Source: Candidatus Hydrogenedens sp.
GTDB taxonomy: Bacteria; Hydrogenedentota; Hydrogenedentia; Hydrogenedentales; Hydrogenedentaceae
DNA length: 64,000 nucleotides
Direction: 5' to 3'
Assembly (NCBI GenBank): GCA_035361075.1
Contig: DAOSBX010000016.1
Location: forward strand, 5,917 to 69,916
In this document: one piece after another, positions 1 to 9,636 of the stretch
Layout of the letters: every line of letters begins with the position of its first letter
Numbering within the stretch: the stretch's first letter is position 1
The notes under the pieces: model-generated
What the model saw: only the letters and a program-made list of their open reading frames with translations
What the model was told of the DNA's origin: nothing
Database searches by the model: none
Position numbers and translations under genes: made by a program

Positions 1-1787
1 CCTAAACCGAATCCAATAACAACAGGGATTACAATGGCTAAAATACCGGGGACCATCATACCTTTAATAGCGGACTGTGTAGCAATATCTACACATTTCT
101 TGCTATCAGGCATAACATCTTCTTTACCTTCTTTTAGTCCCGGTATTTCTTTAAATTGCCGTCTTACTTCAGCGATTATCGCATAAGCATTTTTACTTAC
201 AGCCCCGAATAATAACGAGCAAAAGACGAAAGGTATCATACCTCCAATCAAGCATCCTGCAAGGATTTTCGGGTCAATCAAGGATACTTTTGAAGGGTCT
301 AATTTAGCAGATAACATAAACGCACTTAATAAACCAATAGCTGCAAATGCAGCACTACCAATAGCGAAACCTTTCCCGATAGCGGCTGTAGTATTTCCGA
401 CAGCATCTAAGTTATCTGTAATTTTACGGACACTGGGGTCAAGGCCTGACATTTCCGCAATACCACCTGCATTGTCTGCGATGGGTCCATAAGCATCTAC
501 GGATAAAACCATTCCTGTTGTTGCAAGCATACCTAAGGAAGCAAGGGCTACACCATACATACCACCCACTTTGTATGCAAGGATAACAGCAAGAGCAAGA
601 ACAACCGTAGGAATAGCAGTGCTTAACATACCTATAGAAGTTCCACCGACCACTGCAACAGCCGGACCAGATTGTGCTTCTTCTGCTAATTTCTGGACAG
701 GTTTATATTTCCCAGAGGTAAAATATTCACTTGTAAATCCAACAATAACTCCTGAAATAATACCGAGAATACACGCTATTGGAGGTCCCCACCATTGATA
801 TGAAGTTCCATCTAATGTAAATTTTGTTCCAATCATATAACCCAATAAAAGAACACCGATAATTGTAAGTCCAGCACTTACATAGGTTCCCCACATCAAG
901 GCACTTTGAGGGTCATTTTTAGCAAAGAATTTAACATAAAACACACCTATAACAGAGGCAACAATACCAACTGCTGCGGTAAGGAATGGGAACGAAGTAA
1001 CATACATCGATTCACTCGCAGAGGCTTTAATAGTAATTATACTTGCTACCGCTAAACTCGCAATGATTGATTCAACATACGATTCTAATAAGTCGGCACC
1101 CAAACCGGCAACATCGCCTACATTATCACCCACATTATCTGCGATAACCGCAGGATTACGTGGGTCATCTTCAGGAATACCTGCTTCTACTTTACCGACA
1201 AGGTCAGCACCCATATCCGCACCTTTGGTATAAATACCACCACCAGACCGTGCAAAAAGTGCTACTAATGAGGCACCCATTGCATATCCATTAACAATTT
1301 GTGCTTGTCCATTAAATAATTTGTAAACGACAACTAAAAGAAAGGTCGCAATCCCAACTACACCTAATCCCATAACGGAACCACCACTGACAGCCACATC
1401 AATAGCCGCTTTTACGCCACCGGCACGAGCCGCTTCTGTGGTTCTGGCATTGGAACGGGTAGCAATAAACATACCTAAGAAACCCGCCATTGCACTGGCT
1501 ACCGCACCTATGATAAATGCGATAGAAGTTTTCCACCCTAATGGCAAATCGGGTCTCATCTCACCCACAATGGCAATTAATACCGCTATTATCAACACAG
1601 TAGCCATCACATAGCGATATTCGCGTAACAGGAAAGCGAGGGCACCTTCCTGAACCGCTTTTGAAATTCGCGCCATTTTTTCATTGCCCTGTGATTTTGT
1701 CAGTACATACTGAATCATATAGGCAACGACTAACAATGCAAGAACTGACGCCGCTCCTGCAATTTTTAAATAACCTAATCCCATCAT
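1..1787 (-). CDS. hppA: H+-translocating membrane pyrophosphatase; N-terminal part present, C-terminus beyond window start; K+-dependent type
   Basis: Absent from the ORF track (no stop in window). Manual reverse-complement translation gives MMGLGYLKIAG... with hallmark motifs GGIYTKGADMGADLVGKVE and AVIADNVGDNVGDVAGLGADLLESY, plus GNTTAAIGKGFAIG (Ala at the K+-dependence position). AGGAGT sits 8 nt upstream of the ATG at 1785-1787. Confidence 0.85.
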   Translation of the reverse strand, partial: MMGLGYLKIAGAASVLALLVVAYMIQYVLTKSQGNEKMARISKAVQEGALAFLLREYRYVMATVLIIAVLIAIVGEMRPDLPLGWKTSIAFIIGAVASAMAGFLGMFIATRSNARTTEAARAGGVKAAIDVAVSGGSVMGLGVVGIATFLLVVVYKLFNGQAQIVNGYAMGASLVALFARSGGGIYTKGADMGADLVGKVEAGIPEDDPRNPAVIADNVGDNVGDVAGLGADLLESYVESIIASLAVASIITIKASASESMYVTSFPFLTAAVGIVASVIGVFYVKFFAKNDPQSALMWGTYVSAGLTIIGVLLLGYMIGTKFTLDGTSYQWWGPPIACILGIISGVIVGFTSEYFTSGKYKPVQKLAEEAQSGPAVAVVGGTSIGMLSTAIPTVVLALAVILAYKVGGMYGVALASLGMLATTGMVLSVDAYGPIADNAGGIAEMSGLDPSVRKITDNLDAVGNTTAAIGKGFAIGSAAFAAIGLLSAFMLSAKLDPSKVSLIDPKILAGCLIGGMIPFVFCSLLFGAVSKNAYAIIAEVRRQFKEIPGLKEGKEDVMPDSKKCVDIATQSAIKGMMVPGILAIVIPVVIGFGL

Positions 1788-1827
1788 ACAATATACTCCT
1801 TTCATCGTTTGTGTTTTTGTTTATACT

Positions 1828-2679
1828 TTATCTACGTTCTTTAAAAGACTTTCCTACTTTATCTCTATATTTTTCTTCATCCTTTTTTATTACTTTTTTA
1901 TTATTTAGTGTCATTTGGTAAAGAGCCATCGCATTCTGGGCTGCATTATGAGATGCTATCTTCTTTGACTTACCTTCTCCAAAAGCAATCGGCTCATTAT
2001 TTATAAAAACAACGACCTTAAATAATTTCTGATGTTCGGGTCCTTCTTCTTCAATAACCCTGTATTCAGGATTAGAAAAGTGATATTTATGACAGAATTC
2101 TTGAAGAACCGTTTTTGAATCTTTCTGCACCTCCAAAACCTTTTCTAACTGACTACGAAAAATTTTGTAAATAAACTTTTTAACCCGTGCCCAGCCTTGA
2201 TCAATATATAAAGCTCCAACAAATGCCTCTAATGCATCTTCAAGGATAGAATCCTTATTTCTCCCACCTGAAGATTCTTCTCCCTTACTCATCAGGATAA
2301 TATCCGAAAGTTTAATCTCTCTGGCTATATTACTTAAGGATTGACTTTTAATAATTGCAGTGTGCATCAAAGTCAATTCACCAGGAGATGAATTGGGTTT
2401 TAGTTTATAAATATATTCTGCAATTGCTAATCCCAAAACGGCATCACCTAAAAATTCTAATGATTCAAACATACATCTACCTGATAGATTTTTATTTGCA
2501 TATAAAGAACTATGTGTAAGTGCCATCTTAAATAAGTTTACATCCTTGGGTTTGAATCTCAATTTTCTTGCCCAAGATAAAAATAAAGATTCCCAATTAC
2601 CCTCGTTCTCTATTTCCATAATATTAATACTTATGAGATTAAAAACATAACTTCTATATTTTATCAGATTTAGATACAC
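1828..2679 (-). CDS. rnc: Ribonuclease III
   Basis: ESLEFLGDAVLGLAIAEY catalytic signature and a C-terminal dsRBD (GPEHQKLFKVVV...GEGKSKKIASHNAAQNA). Track start 2679 is GTG; the first ATG (MEIENEG) is at 2619 but lacks a clear SD. Immediately downstream of acpP on the same strand. Confidence 0.9.
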   Translation of the reverse strand: MYLNLIKYRSYVFNLISINIMEIENEGNWESLFLSWARKLRFKPKDVNLFKMALTHSSLYANKNLSGRCMFESLEFLGDAVLGLAIAEYIYKLKPNSSPGELTLMHTAIIKSQSLSNIAREIKLSDIILMSKGEESSGGRNKDSILEDALEAFVGALYIDQGWARVKKFIYKIFRSQLEKVLEVQKDSKTVLQEFCHKYHFSNPEYRVIEEEGPEHQKLFKVVVFINNEPIAFGEGKSKKIASHNAAQNAMALYQMTLNNKKVIKKDEEKYRDKVGKSFKERR

Positions 2680-2766
2680 ATATCCAACTTGGAAAACGAA
2701 TACAAAATAAAATTGCCTGTGAATATCTATTCACAGGCAATTTACTTAACGTAAGATATATAACTT

Positions 2767-3009
2767 TTACTTCATTCTGGATTGAACATATCTAATCGCA
2801 TCACCTACTGTAATAATCTGATTAGCATCATCATCCAATTGGATGTTAAATTCTTCTTCCAGTGTCATTAATAATTCAGTCAAATCGAGCGAATCCGCTC
2901 CAAGGTCTTCTATGAAACGCGCCTCATCCGTGACCTCGTCAAGTGAACGGTTCAAACGGTTGGCGATAATTTCCTTTATCTTACCAATCAAAATAGTTGT
3001 ATCCGCCAT
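2767..3009 (-). CDS. acpP: Acyl carrier protein
   Basis: 80 aa: MADTTILIGKIKEIIANRL...EDLGADSLDLTELLMTLEEEF, with the phosphopantetheine-site DSLD motif. Perfect SD AAAGGAGGTG lies 6 nt upstream of ATG at 3007-3009; the track start 3027 is an upstream in-frame ATG that overlaps the SD. Confidence 0.9.
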   Translation of the reverse strand: MADTTILIGKIKEIIANRLNRSLDEVTDEARFIEDLGADSLDLTELLMTLEEEFNIQLDDDANQIITVGDAIRYVQSRMK

Positions 3010-3314
3010 CCTTACACCTCCTTTCATACTCTTTTAAGTTAAATAGGTTTAATCATAAATGCCCGTAACTATTCTAACATGGATATATGTTAAATGTCAA
3101 ACATTTTAGTTTCTAACAATAATAATATTCATCACCTATTTGAACCTCAAATAAACAAAAAGGTTTCATTAAAATTCTGCTGATTGCTCGTTATTTTGTG
3201 TTATAACCGACTCTTATAAAACAATTAGGAGAGAGAGGTTGCATATTCACTTATTATTTAGTATTATTGTAATAACAAATTTAATTTAAACCCTCAAAAA
3301 ATAAGGAGAATTTT

Positions 3315-4565
3315 ATGAGCAATTTCAAATTAGGGTTTATCGGTGCAGGTTTTATTGCCCGTTTTCAGACAAAAGCATTACAAAGCGTTCGCGATGTTGA
3401 ACTTGCTGGAGTTTATGCATTAAAAGGTGCCTCTGAACTTTCTACATTATCAAAAAGACTCGGAGTCGGAGATTGTAAAGTATATAAAAATATAAAAGAC
3501 CTCTGCTTTAATGCAGATGCGGTGGCTATTTTTGCCCCCAATTTTGCAAGGTTAGAAATTATGGGCAACATTGCCGAAGCTGTAAAAGCGGGCGCACCCA
3601 TTAAAGGAATTATCTGCGAAAAACCATTAGGAAGAACGGTCAAAGAGGCTGTGGAGTTAGTATCTATTGCTAAATCAACCAAATTACCGACTGCTTACTT
3701 TGAAAATCAACTACATATGAAAGCAATCCGTAGTCAAAAATCACAATTAGCCCATGTAGAATCTGTAATGGGACCTATTGCCTTAGCACGTTCATCTGAA
3801 GAACATTCTGGACCTCATGAAGGATGGTTCTGGGACCCAACAAGACAGGGTGGTGGTGTCCTTTGTGATATGGGTTGTCACAGCATTGCTTGCTGTTGGT
3901 ATGTTTTAACACCTCAAGGAAAACCTGTTACATATCTTAAACCCATTAGCGTCTCCGCAGAGGTAGGTTTACTTAAATGGGGTTTGCCTTATTGGCGTAA
4001 ACAATTACTAAAAAAGACAGGCGTTGATTACAGCAAAACACCTGGCGAAGATTTTGCAACAGGCATTATTACCTTCCAAAATCCAAAAACAGGTCAATTA
4101 GTTAAAGGGCAATTTACGAATTCCTGGATGTATGACAAACAAGGGTTAAGACTTATGATGGACGGTTTAGGTCCAGGATATGCTTTTGAATTTAATTCAC
4201 AAATGTCATCTTTGCAAGTATTCATTGGAGACTCTGCAGCAGAAGCAGTGGCAGATGCAGAATCAGCCCTTGAAAAATCCACTGCAAGCCGAGGCCTATT
4301 AATTGTAGAACCCAATGAACCCGACTTATACGGATATGTAGACGAAATTTGTGACGCTGTAAATGCATTTCAAAAAGGAAAGGACGCCTTCTTAAATTTC
4401 GAGTATGGATTAGAAATAACTAAGCTTTGCCAAGCGGCCTATATGTCTGCAGAACAAAAACGAGTCATCGACCTTACAGATAAAAATACCCAAAAAGACC
4501 TACAAAATTACGTCTCACTTATCGCACAGGGAAAAGGTAAAGAAGTGTTACCTATCATTGATTAA
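3315..4565 (+). CDS. Gfo/Idh/MocA-family NAD(P)-dependent oxidoreductase
   Basis: N-terminal Rossmann motif KLGFIGAGFIARFQTKAL, EKPL motif (ICEKPLGRTVKEA), length 416 aa. AAGGAG SD 8 nt upstream. Confidence 0.65.
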   Translation: MSNFKLGFIGAGFIARFQTKALQSVRDVELAGVYALKGASELSTLSKRLGVGDCKVYKNIKDLCFNADAVAIFAPNFARLEIMGNIAEAVKAGAPIKGIICEKPLGRTVKEAVELVSIAKSTKLPTAYFENQLHMKAIRSQKSQLAHVESVMGPIALARSSEEHSGPHEGWFWDPTRQGGGVLCDMGCHSIACCWYVLTPQGKPVTYLKPISVSAEVGLLKWGLPYWRKQLLKKTGVDYSKTPGEDFATGIITFQNPKTGQLVKGQFTNSWMYDKQGLRLMMDGLGPGYAFEFNSQMSSLQVFIGDSAAEAVADAESALEKSTASRGLLIVEPNEPDLYGYVDEICDAVNAFQKGKDAFLNFEYGLEITKLCQAAYMSAEQKRVIDLTDKNTQKDLQNYVSLIAQGKGKEVLPIID

Positions 4566-4921
4566 AATATTTCTTATTTAATCACTAACTCTAAAAATAA
4601 TAATTTAAAAAATTATCGATATAAGACATCAACATACAACCCAATAAGTAATAGAAGATTTACATTTTTTTGTGTTCATTCGTTTGTTACGAATAAAGCT
4701 ATATATCCAAAGTTTACAAATGTTTTTAACATTGATAAACAAATCGTAGTTTAGTTCCATATATTCCTAAAATCCTTACAAAGATGTAATTTAAACTACA
4801 AATAAAAACAGGCATTCAACAGTGAGGATGTATCTATTTAATAGTTGAAATGTTAAGAAATTGATTGTTTATAATATAACTGTTAGGTGTCAAACTATTG
4901 TTAATTTATAAAGGATATGTT

Positions 4922-5542
4922 ATGGTCAAGGCACGTACGGGAAAAGTGAATATCATATTATGTCTTGGTGCACGGTTTATATTGTGGTGTTTAGGTTGGA
5001 AAGCTCAAGGTCCTCCACCTCCCTATCCAAAATATGTCGCTATTTTTGCACCACATACATCAAATTGGGATGGTATTGTAGGAATTTTGTGCACATTTGC
5101 GTTACGAGTTCGTGGCAACTGGTTAGGAAAAGGTTCCCTGTTTAAAGGTGTATTTGGATGGTTTCTTAAAAAAATAGGTGGAATTCCTGTTGAACGTTCT
5201 TCTCCTCATCGGCTGGTAGAGGTTGCAGTAGAATTGTTTAATAACAATGATAATTTTGTTTTAGGTATTGCACCAGAAGGAACCCGTTTTTTTAGTGACC
5301 ATTGGAAAAGTGGATTTTATCAAATAGCATACCAGGCAAAGGTTCCTATTGTATTAGGCTTCTGGGATTACCGAACAAAACGAGTAGGAAATTCTGGCAT
5401 TGCATTCATTCCAACAGGAAACGTTGAAGAAGACCTAAAAATTATCCGCGAGACATATGACAAATTTCTTCCTAAATATCCAGAACATCGAAGTATTATT
5501 CAATTCAAAGACATTTCAAAAGATAAGCCAAAAGAAACGTAG
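4922..5542 (+). CDS. PlsC-like lysophospholipid (1-acyl-glycerol-3-phosphate) acyltransferase
   Basis: Acyltransferase HX4D motif (FAPHTSNWDG) and PEGTR motif (GIAPEGTRFF). Track start is TTG at 4898; ATG at 4922 follows an AAAGGA SD. Confidence 0.7.
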   Translation: MVKARTGKVNIILCLGARFILWCLGWKAQGPPPPYPKYVAIFAPHTSNWDGIVGILCTFALRVRGNWLGKGSLFKGVFGWFLKKIGGIPVERSSPHRLVEVAVELFNNNDNFVLGIAPEGTRFFSDHWKSGFYQIAYQAKVPIVLGFWDYRTKRVGNSGIAFIPTGNVEEDLKIIRETYDKFLPKYPEHRSIIQFKDISKDKPKET

Positions 5543-5648
5543 TCTTATTTTCCACAAACTAAAAACTCAATAAAAACTTGTAAAATTAGTTATAAATTTG
5601 TAATATTATTACTCTGTAAAACCAATTTTAATTAAAAGGAATCAGATT

Positions 5649-6452
5649 ATGAGTGTGACCACCTGCCCTTTTTGCAATACTGATTCACAGAAACTTAATA
5701 CGGACAGTATAAAAGCATCTCTTTATTTAAGGGCTATATTTCCTGGCTTATCTGACCTTGTTAATCTCGACAGTAAAGCAAAAGAGATTATTGCCAATGC
5801 AAATCAAAAAATTTTATTTTCCCTTCGTACCGGTGAAAAGGCATTTTTAAAAATTAAAGATGGGACTGTAACATATTCACCCGAGAAAGATGAGAGTCCG
5901 ACCATTCATCTCCTCCTTCTCAATCCGACGCATGCAGTTCAAGTTTTTGAACAGGGTAAAATACCTATTCCCTTAAAAGGTTTCACCCATATTTCATTTC
6001 TCAAAAAGGGCTTTGATGCTCTAACAAAAAGATTAGAATATTATCTAAAAAGTGGACAAAATTATTCAGAAGAGGAACGGAAAATATATGCGATACTTCA
6101 ATTAAAAACCGCATTAAGAGCAGCAGAAGTTCTTGCTGAAAAAGATGACATTTCAAAGAAAATTCTTGCAGGCACTCCCGCAGGGATACTTAAAATTTCC
6201 ATTGAAAGTATTGGTTTTTCTGCTTATTTTGGATATATTCAAGGTCGCTGGCAATTTATAGATGAAATATCTCCTCAAGGAGTTACATCAACATTAAGTT
6301 TAAACGACTTAGAGACTGCCGAGCTTCTACTCAACAACAAATTAGACACCTTTGCAGGATTAGGTCTTGGAAAGATTCATATTTCAGGGATAATCCCAAT
6401 TATTGACAATGTTGGTCTTGTATTAGGAAGAATCACAGAATACATTTCATAG
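5649..6452 (+). CDS. Hypothetical protein with N-terminal SCP2-like (sterol-carrier/lipid-binding) domain
   Basis: Segment KILFSLRTGEKAFLKIKDGTVTY...AVQVFEQGKIPIPLKGFTHISFLKK resembles the SCP2 fold signature (GKLnp..Af..GKlkikG). Paralogous to the 9636-10415 product. AAAGGA SD. Confidence 0.45.
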   Translation: MSVTTCPFCNTDSQKLNTDSIKASLYLRAIFPGLSDLVNLDSKAKEIIANANQKILFSLRTGEKAFLKIKDGTVTYSPEKDESPTIHLLLLNPTHAVQVFEQGKIPIPLKGFTHISFLKKGFDALTKRLEYYLKSGQNYSEEERKIYAILQLKTALRAAEVLAEKDDISKKILAGTPAGILKISIESIGFSAYFGYIQGRWQFIDEISPQGVTSTLSLNDLETAELLLNNKLDTFAGLGLGKIHISGIIPIIDNVGLVLGRITEYIS

Positions 6453-6472
6453 ATGGATAAGGAGCCTGATTT

Positions 6473-7711
6473 ATGCAAGTATATGAATATCATCAAAATC
6501 AAACGTGGTTTGAACGAGCAGTTCGTGTTATTCCATGCGGTGTTTATGGGCATTTCAGCCCTGCACCCTGTGTTCCCACCAATGCCTATCCCTTTTTTAG
6601 TACGAAAGCTGATGGCTGTCGTTTTTGGGACGTAGATGGAAATGAATTTATTGATTATATGTGTGCTTATGGTCCTATGATTCTTGGCTACCACAACCCC
6701 GTAGTAGACGAGGCATTCATTAACCAATTAAAGCAAGCAGATGTAAATAGTATTGCCTCAACCAAAATGGTCGAGTTAGCCGAACTTTTGGTTGATTTAA
6801 TACCCGTTGCAGATTGGGCATTCTTTGCCAAGAATGGTGCGGATGTAACAAACTATGCTGTAATGATAGCACGTGCTGCTACTGGTAGAAAGAAAATCAT
6901 TGCTATTAAAGGTGGCTACCACGGAACCGCACCATGGATGCAAGGCATAGGACATCCTGGCGTTACGGAGGAAGATGTGGCAAATGTGATTCGTATTCCA
7001 TGGAATGATATTAAAGCGTTGGAGCAGGTATTAGAAGAAAATTATGGTCAAGTGGCAGGTTTTATATCATCTCCTTATCATCACCCAGTTTTTGCGGATA
7101 ATGAATATCCTGCAGAAGGATATTGGTCTGCTGTACAAAATCTACTCCGAAAACATGGTGTTATTCTAATATGTGATGATGTTCGGGCAGGTTTCCGTCT
7201 CCATTTAGGAGGTTCCAATGAATTTTTCAAATTTAAGCCCGACCTTATCTGTTTCTGCAAAGCCATCGCAAATGGCTATCCTATCTCCGCATTGGTCGGC
7301 AAAGAAGAACTAAGGGTTACCGCATCCAAAGTCTTTCATACAGGTAGTTACTGGTATTCTGCGGCATATATGTCGGCAGCTATTGCTAATTTACAAGAGT
7401 TAAAACGATTGAATACACCAGAACATTTGTATAACCTCGGTGTAAAATTTAATGATGGTTTGATTAAAATAGCAAAAGACCATGGCTTTAACTTAAAAGT
7501 TACTGGGCATCCTGCAATGGCATATTATCGCATAACAGATGACCCAACATTTCAACTTCACCAAAAATGGTGTGCAGAATGCACGAAACGAGGTGCCTTC
7601 TTTACATCTCATCACAATTGGTTCTTATCTATGGCTCATACTGAAAGTGATATTCAAAAGACATGGGAAATTTGTGATGACGCTTTCAAATCCATAAAAT
7701 CATCTATGTAA
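6473..7711 (+). CDS. Class-III (PLP) aminotransferase, glutamate-1-semialdehyde aminomutase-like
   Basis: FWDVDGNEFIDYMCAYGPMILGYHNPVV, CDDVRAGFRL and Lys-containing CFCKAIANGYPISA, typical of the GSA-AT subfamily. AAGGAG SD 9 nt upstream. Confidence 0.75.
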   Translation: MQVYEYHQNQTWFERAVRVIPCGVYGHFSPAPCVPTNAYPFFSTKADGCRFWDVDGNEFIDYMCAYGPMILGYHNPVVDEAFINQLKQADVNSIASTKMVELAELLVDLIPVADWAFFAKNGADVTNYAVMIARAATGRKKIIAIKGGYHGTAPWMQGIGHPGVTEEDVANVIRIPWNDIKALEQVLEENYGQVAGFISSPYHHPVFADNEYPAEGYWSAVQNLLRKHGVILICDDVRAGFRLHLGGSNEFFKFKPDLICFCKAIANGYPISALVGKEELRVTASKVFHTGSYWYSAAYMSAAIANLQELKRLNTPEHLYNLGVKFNDGLIKIAKDHGFNLKVTGHPAMAYYRITDDPTFQLHQKWCAECTKRGAFFTSHHNWFLSMAHTESDIQKTWEICDDAFKSIKSSM

Positions 7712-7743
7712 AATAAACCATAAATAATAAGGAGTTGTAATCT

Positions 7744-8589
7744 ATGCCTTTATCGGAACATGAACATAATGAACTACGTAAGATTGCAAAAAAAATTAGA
7801 AAAGATATTGTAGATGTCACACACTGGTCGGGTGGCTCTCATATTGGTGGGTCTTTAAGTATGGTTGATTTTATGGTGGTATTATATTGGAAATATCTCC
7901 GTATTGACCCTAAAAATCCGAATTGGGAAGACCGGGATCGCTTGGTTCTAAGCAAAGGGCATGGTGGTGTTGGCCATGCAGTTATTTTAGCGAATCGTGG
8001 TTACTTTGATTTTGAACTTCTTAAAGAATTTAACCAATTTGGTTCCCCTTTTGGTATGCATTTGGATTCTAAAAAAGCCATTGGTGTTGAGGCTTCTACG
8101 GGCTCTATGGGACATGGTCTTTCACAGGCGTTAGGGATGGCATTAGGAGCAAAGGTATTGAAAAAAGATTGGAGAATATATGCAGTTTTAGGTGATGGTG
8201 AATGCAATGAAGGTTCCATCTGGGAAGCGGCAATGGCTGGAAATCACTATAAAGTAAATAATCTTATTGCATTTTTAGACCGCAATCACATGATGATTGA
8301 TGGACCTACCGAATCTGTAATGAGTTTAGAGCCGTTAGATAAAAAATGGGAAGCCTTTGGGTGGTTTACTCAAGTCATAGATGGGCATAATATGCCTCAA
8401 ATTTGTGAAGCCATCGATAAAGCACTCGCCTATACTAATGGCCCATCAATGATTATTTGCGATACTGTCAAAGGCAAAGGTGTAGATTTTATGGAAAACA
8501 ACCCTGCATGGCACTATGGTGGCTTGAATGCGGAGTTGGCAGAAAAAGCCAAAGCGTCAATAGATAAAATGTATGAAGATTTAACATAA
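7744..8589 (+). CDS. Transketolase, N-terminal (TPP-binding) subunit of a split transketolase
   Basis: GGSHIGGSLSMVDFMVVLY, GHGGVGHAVILA, GSMGHGLSQALGMALGAK, YAVLGDGECNEGSIWEA. AAGGAG SD. Confidence 0.9.
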   Translation: MPLSEHEHNELRKIAKKIRKDIVDVTHWSGGSHIGGSLSMVDFMVVLYWKYLRIDPKNPNWEDRDRLVLSKGHGGVGHAVILANRGYFDFELLKEFNQFGSPFGMHLDSKKAIGVEASTGSMGHGLSQALGMALGAKVLKKDWRIYAVLGDGECNEGSIWEAAMAGNHYKVNNLIAFLDRNHMMIDGPTESVMSLEPLDKKWEAFGWFTQVIDGHNMPQICEAIDKALAYTNGPSMIICDTVKGKGVDFMENNPAWHYGGLNAELAEKAKASIDKMYEDLT

Positions 8590-8619
8590 ACATAACCTTA
8601 ACATGATAGGAGAAAAACG

Positions 8620-9636
8620 ATGAGCCCTGTGGGAGGACTTACATGGACAGTATATGATGCGGATAAAATGACCCAAGCAGAAACATATGGACTTATTTTG
8701 AGTGAGTTAGGCAAAATTAATCCTAAAATTGTAGGCTTGTCCGCAGATCTGGCAAAGTCGACCAAAATAGGCAAATTTGGAGAAAAGTTTCCAGACCGAT
8801 TTTTCAACTTAGGTATAGCAGAGCAAAACATGTTTGGCGTAGCAGCAGGTTTGGCAAAAGTGGGGTTATTACCTTTTGTCTCTACATTCTCAGTATTTGC
8901 CTCGATGCGTGCGGTAGAATTTCTCAGAACCGACGTCTGCTACCAAAATTTGAATGTCAAAATCATTGCTACTCATGGAGGTACCTCTTTTGGCTCTGCT
9001 GGTACAACCCACCATTCCATTGAAGACCTTTCAATTATTCGTGCGATTCCCAATATACAATTAATTGTTCCTGCGGATGCGGTCGAAACTGCTTTAGCGG
9101 TACAAGCCTGTGTAGAAGTGGAAGGACCTGTTTATATACGTATTGGTCGTAGTTTTGAACCTCGTGTATACGAAACAGACCAATATGGTTTCACCATTGG
9201 CAAAGCGGTAGAAATGGCATCAGGAACAGACGTAACAGTTATCGCCTGTGGTGCGGTAGTTTATCATGCAGTGGAAGCGGCTAAAATATTAGGACGTGAA
9301 GATGGAATTTCAGTTCGAGTCCTCAATATGCACACCATAAAGCCAATTGACCGCGAAGCTATTATTAAAGCGATAACTGAGACACGACGAATTGTAACAT
9401 TTGAAGACCACAATGTAATTGGAGGTTTAGGTAGTGCGGTAGCCGAAGTTATTGCAGAAAGTGGGAAAGCTTGTGCCTTTACCAAGGTTGGCATACCTGA
9501 CCAATTTACACCCCATGGTTATCCAGAAGATTTGATGCATTACTATAAAATTGATACAGATGGTATTGTAGAAAAAGTAAGAGAATTATTGGGCAAAGAA
9601 TTTGAAAAAGAAGAGGACTGGGAGGACGAATACTAA
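8620..9636 (+). CDS. Transketolase, C-terminal (pyrimidine-binding) subunit
   Basis: FNLGIAEQNMFGVAAGLAKVGLLPFVSTFSVFASMRAVEFLR and the C-terminal transketolase domain. AGGAG SD. Stop overlaps the next start (TAATG). Confidence 0.9.
   Translation: MSPVGGLTWTVYDADKMTQAETYGLILSELGKINPKIVGLSADLAKSTKIGKFGEKFPDRFFNLGIAEQNMFGVAAGLAKVGLLPFVSTFSVFASMRAVEFLRTDVCYQNLNVKIIATHGGTSFGSAGTTHHSIEDLSIIRAIPNIQLIVPADAVETALAVQACVEVEGPVYIRIGRSFEPRVYETDQYGFTIGKAVEMASGTDVTVIACGAVVYHAVEAAKILGREDGISVRVLNMHTIKPIDREAIIKAITETRRIVTFEDHNVIGGLGSAVAEVIAESGKACAFTKVGIPDQFTPHGYPEDLMHYYKIDTDGIVEKVRELLGKEFEKEEDWEDEY

Noticed and set aside
571-798. 75-aa plus-strand ORF
   Set aside because: Lies antisense inside the hppA coding region; no RBS; spurious.
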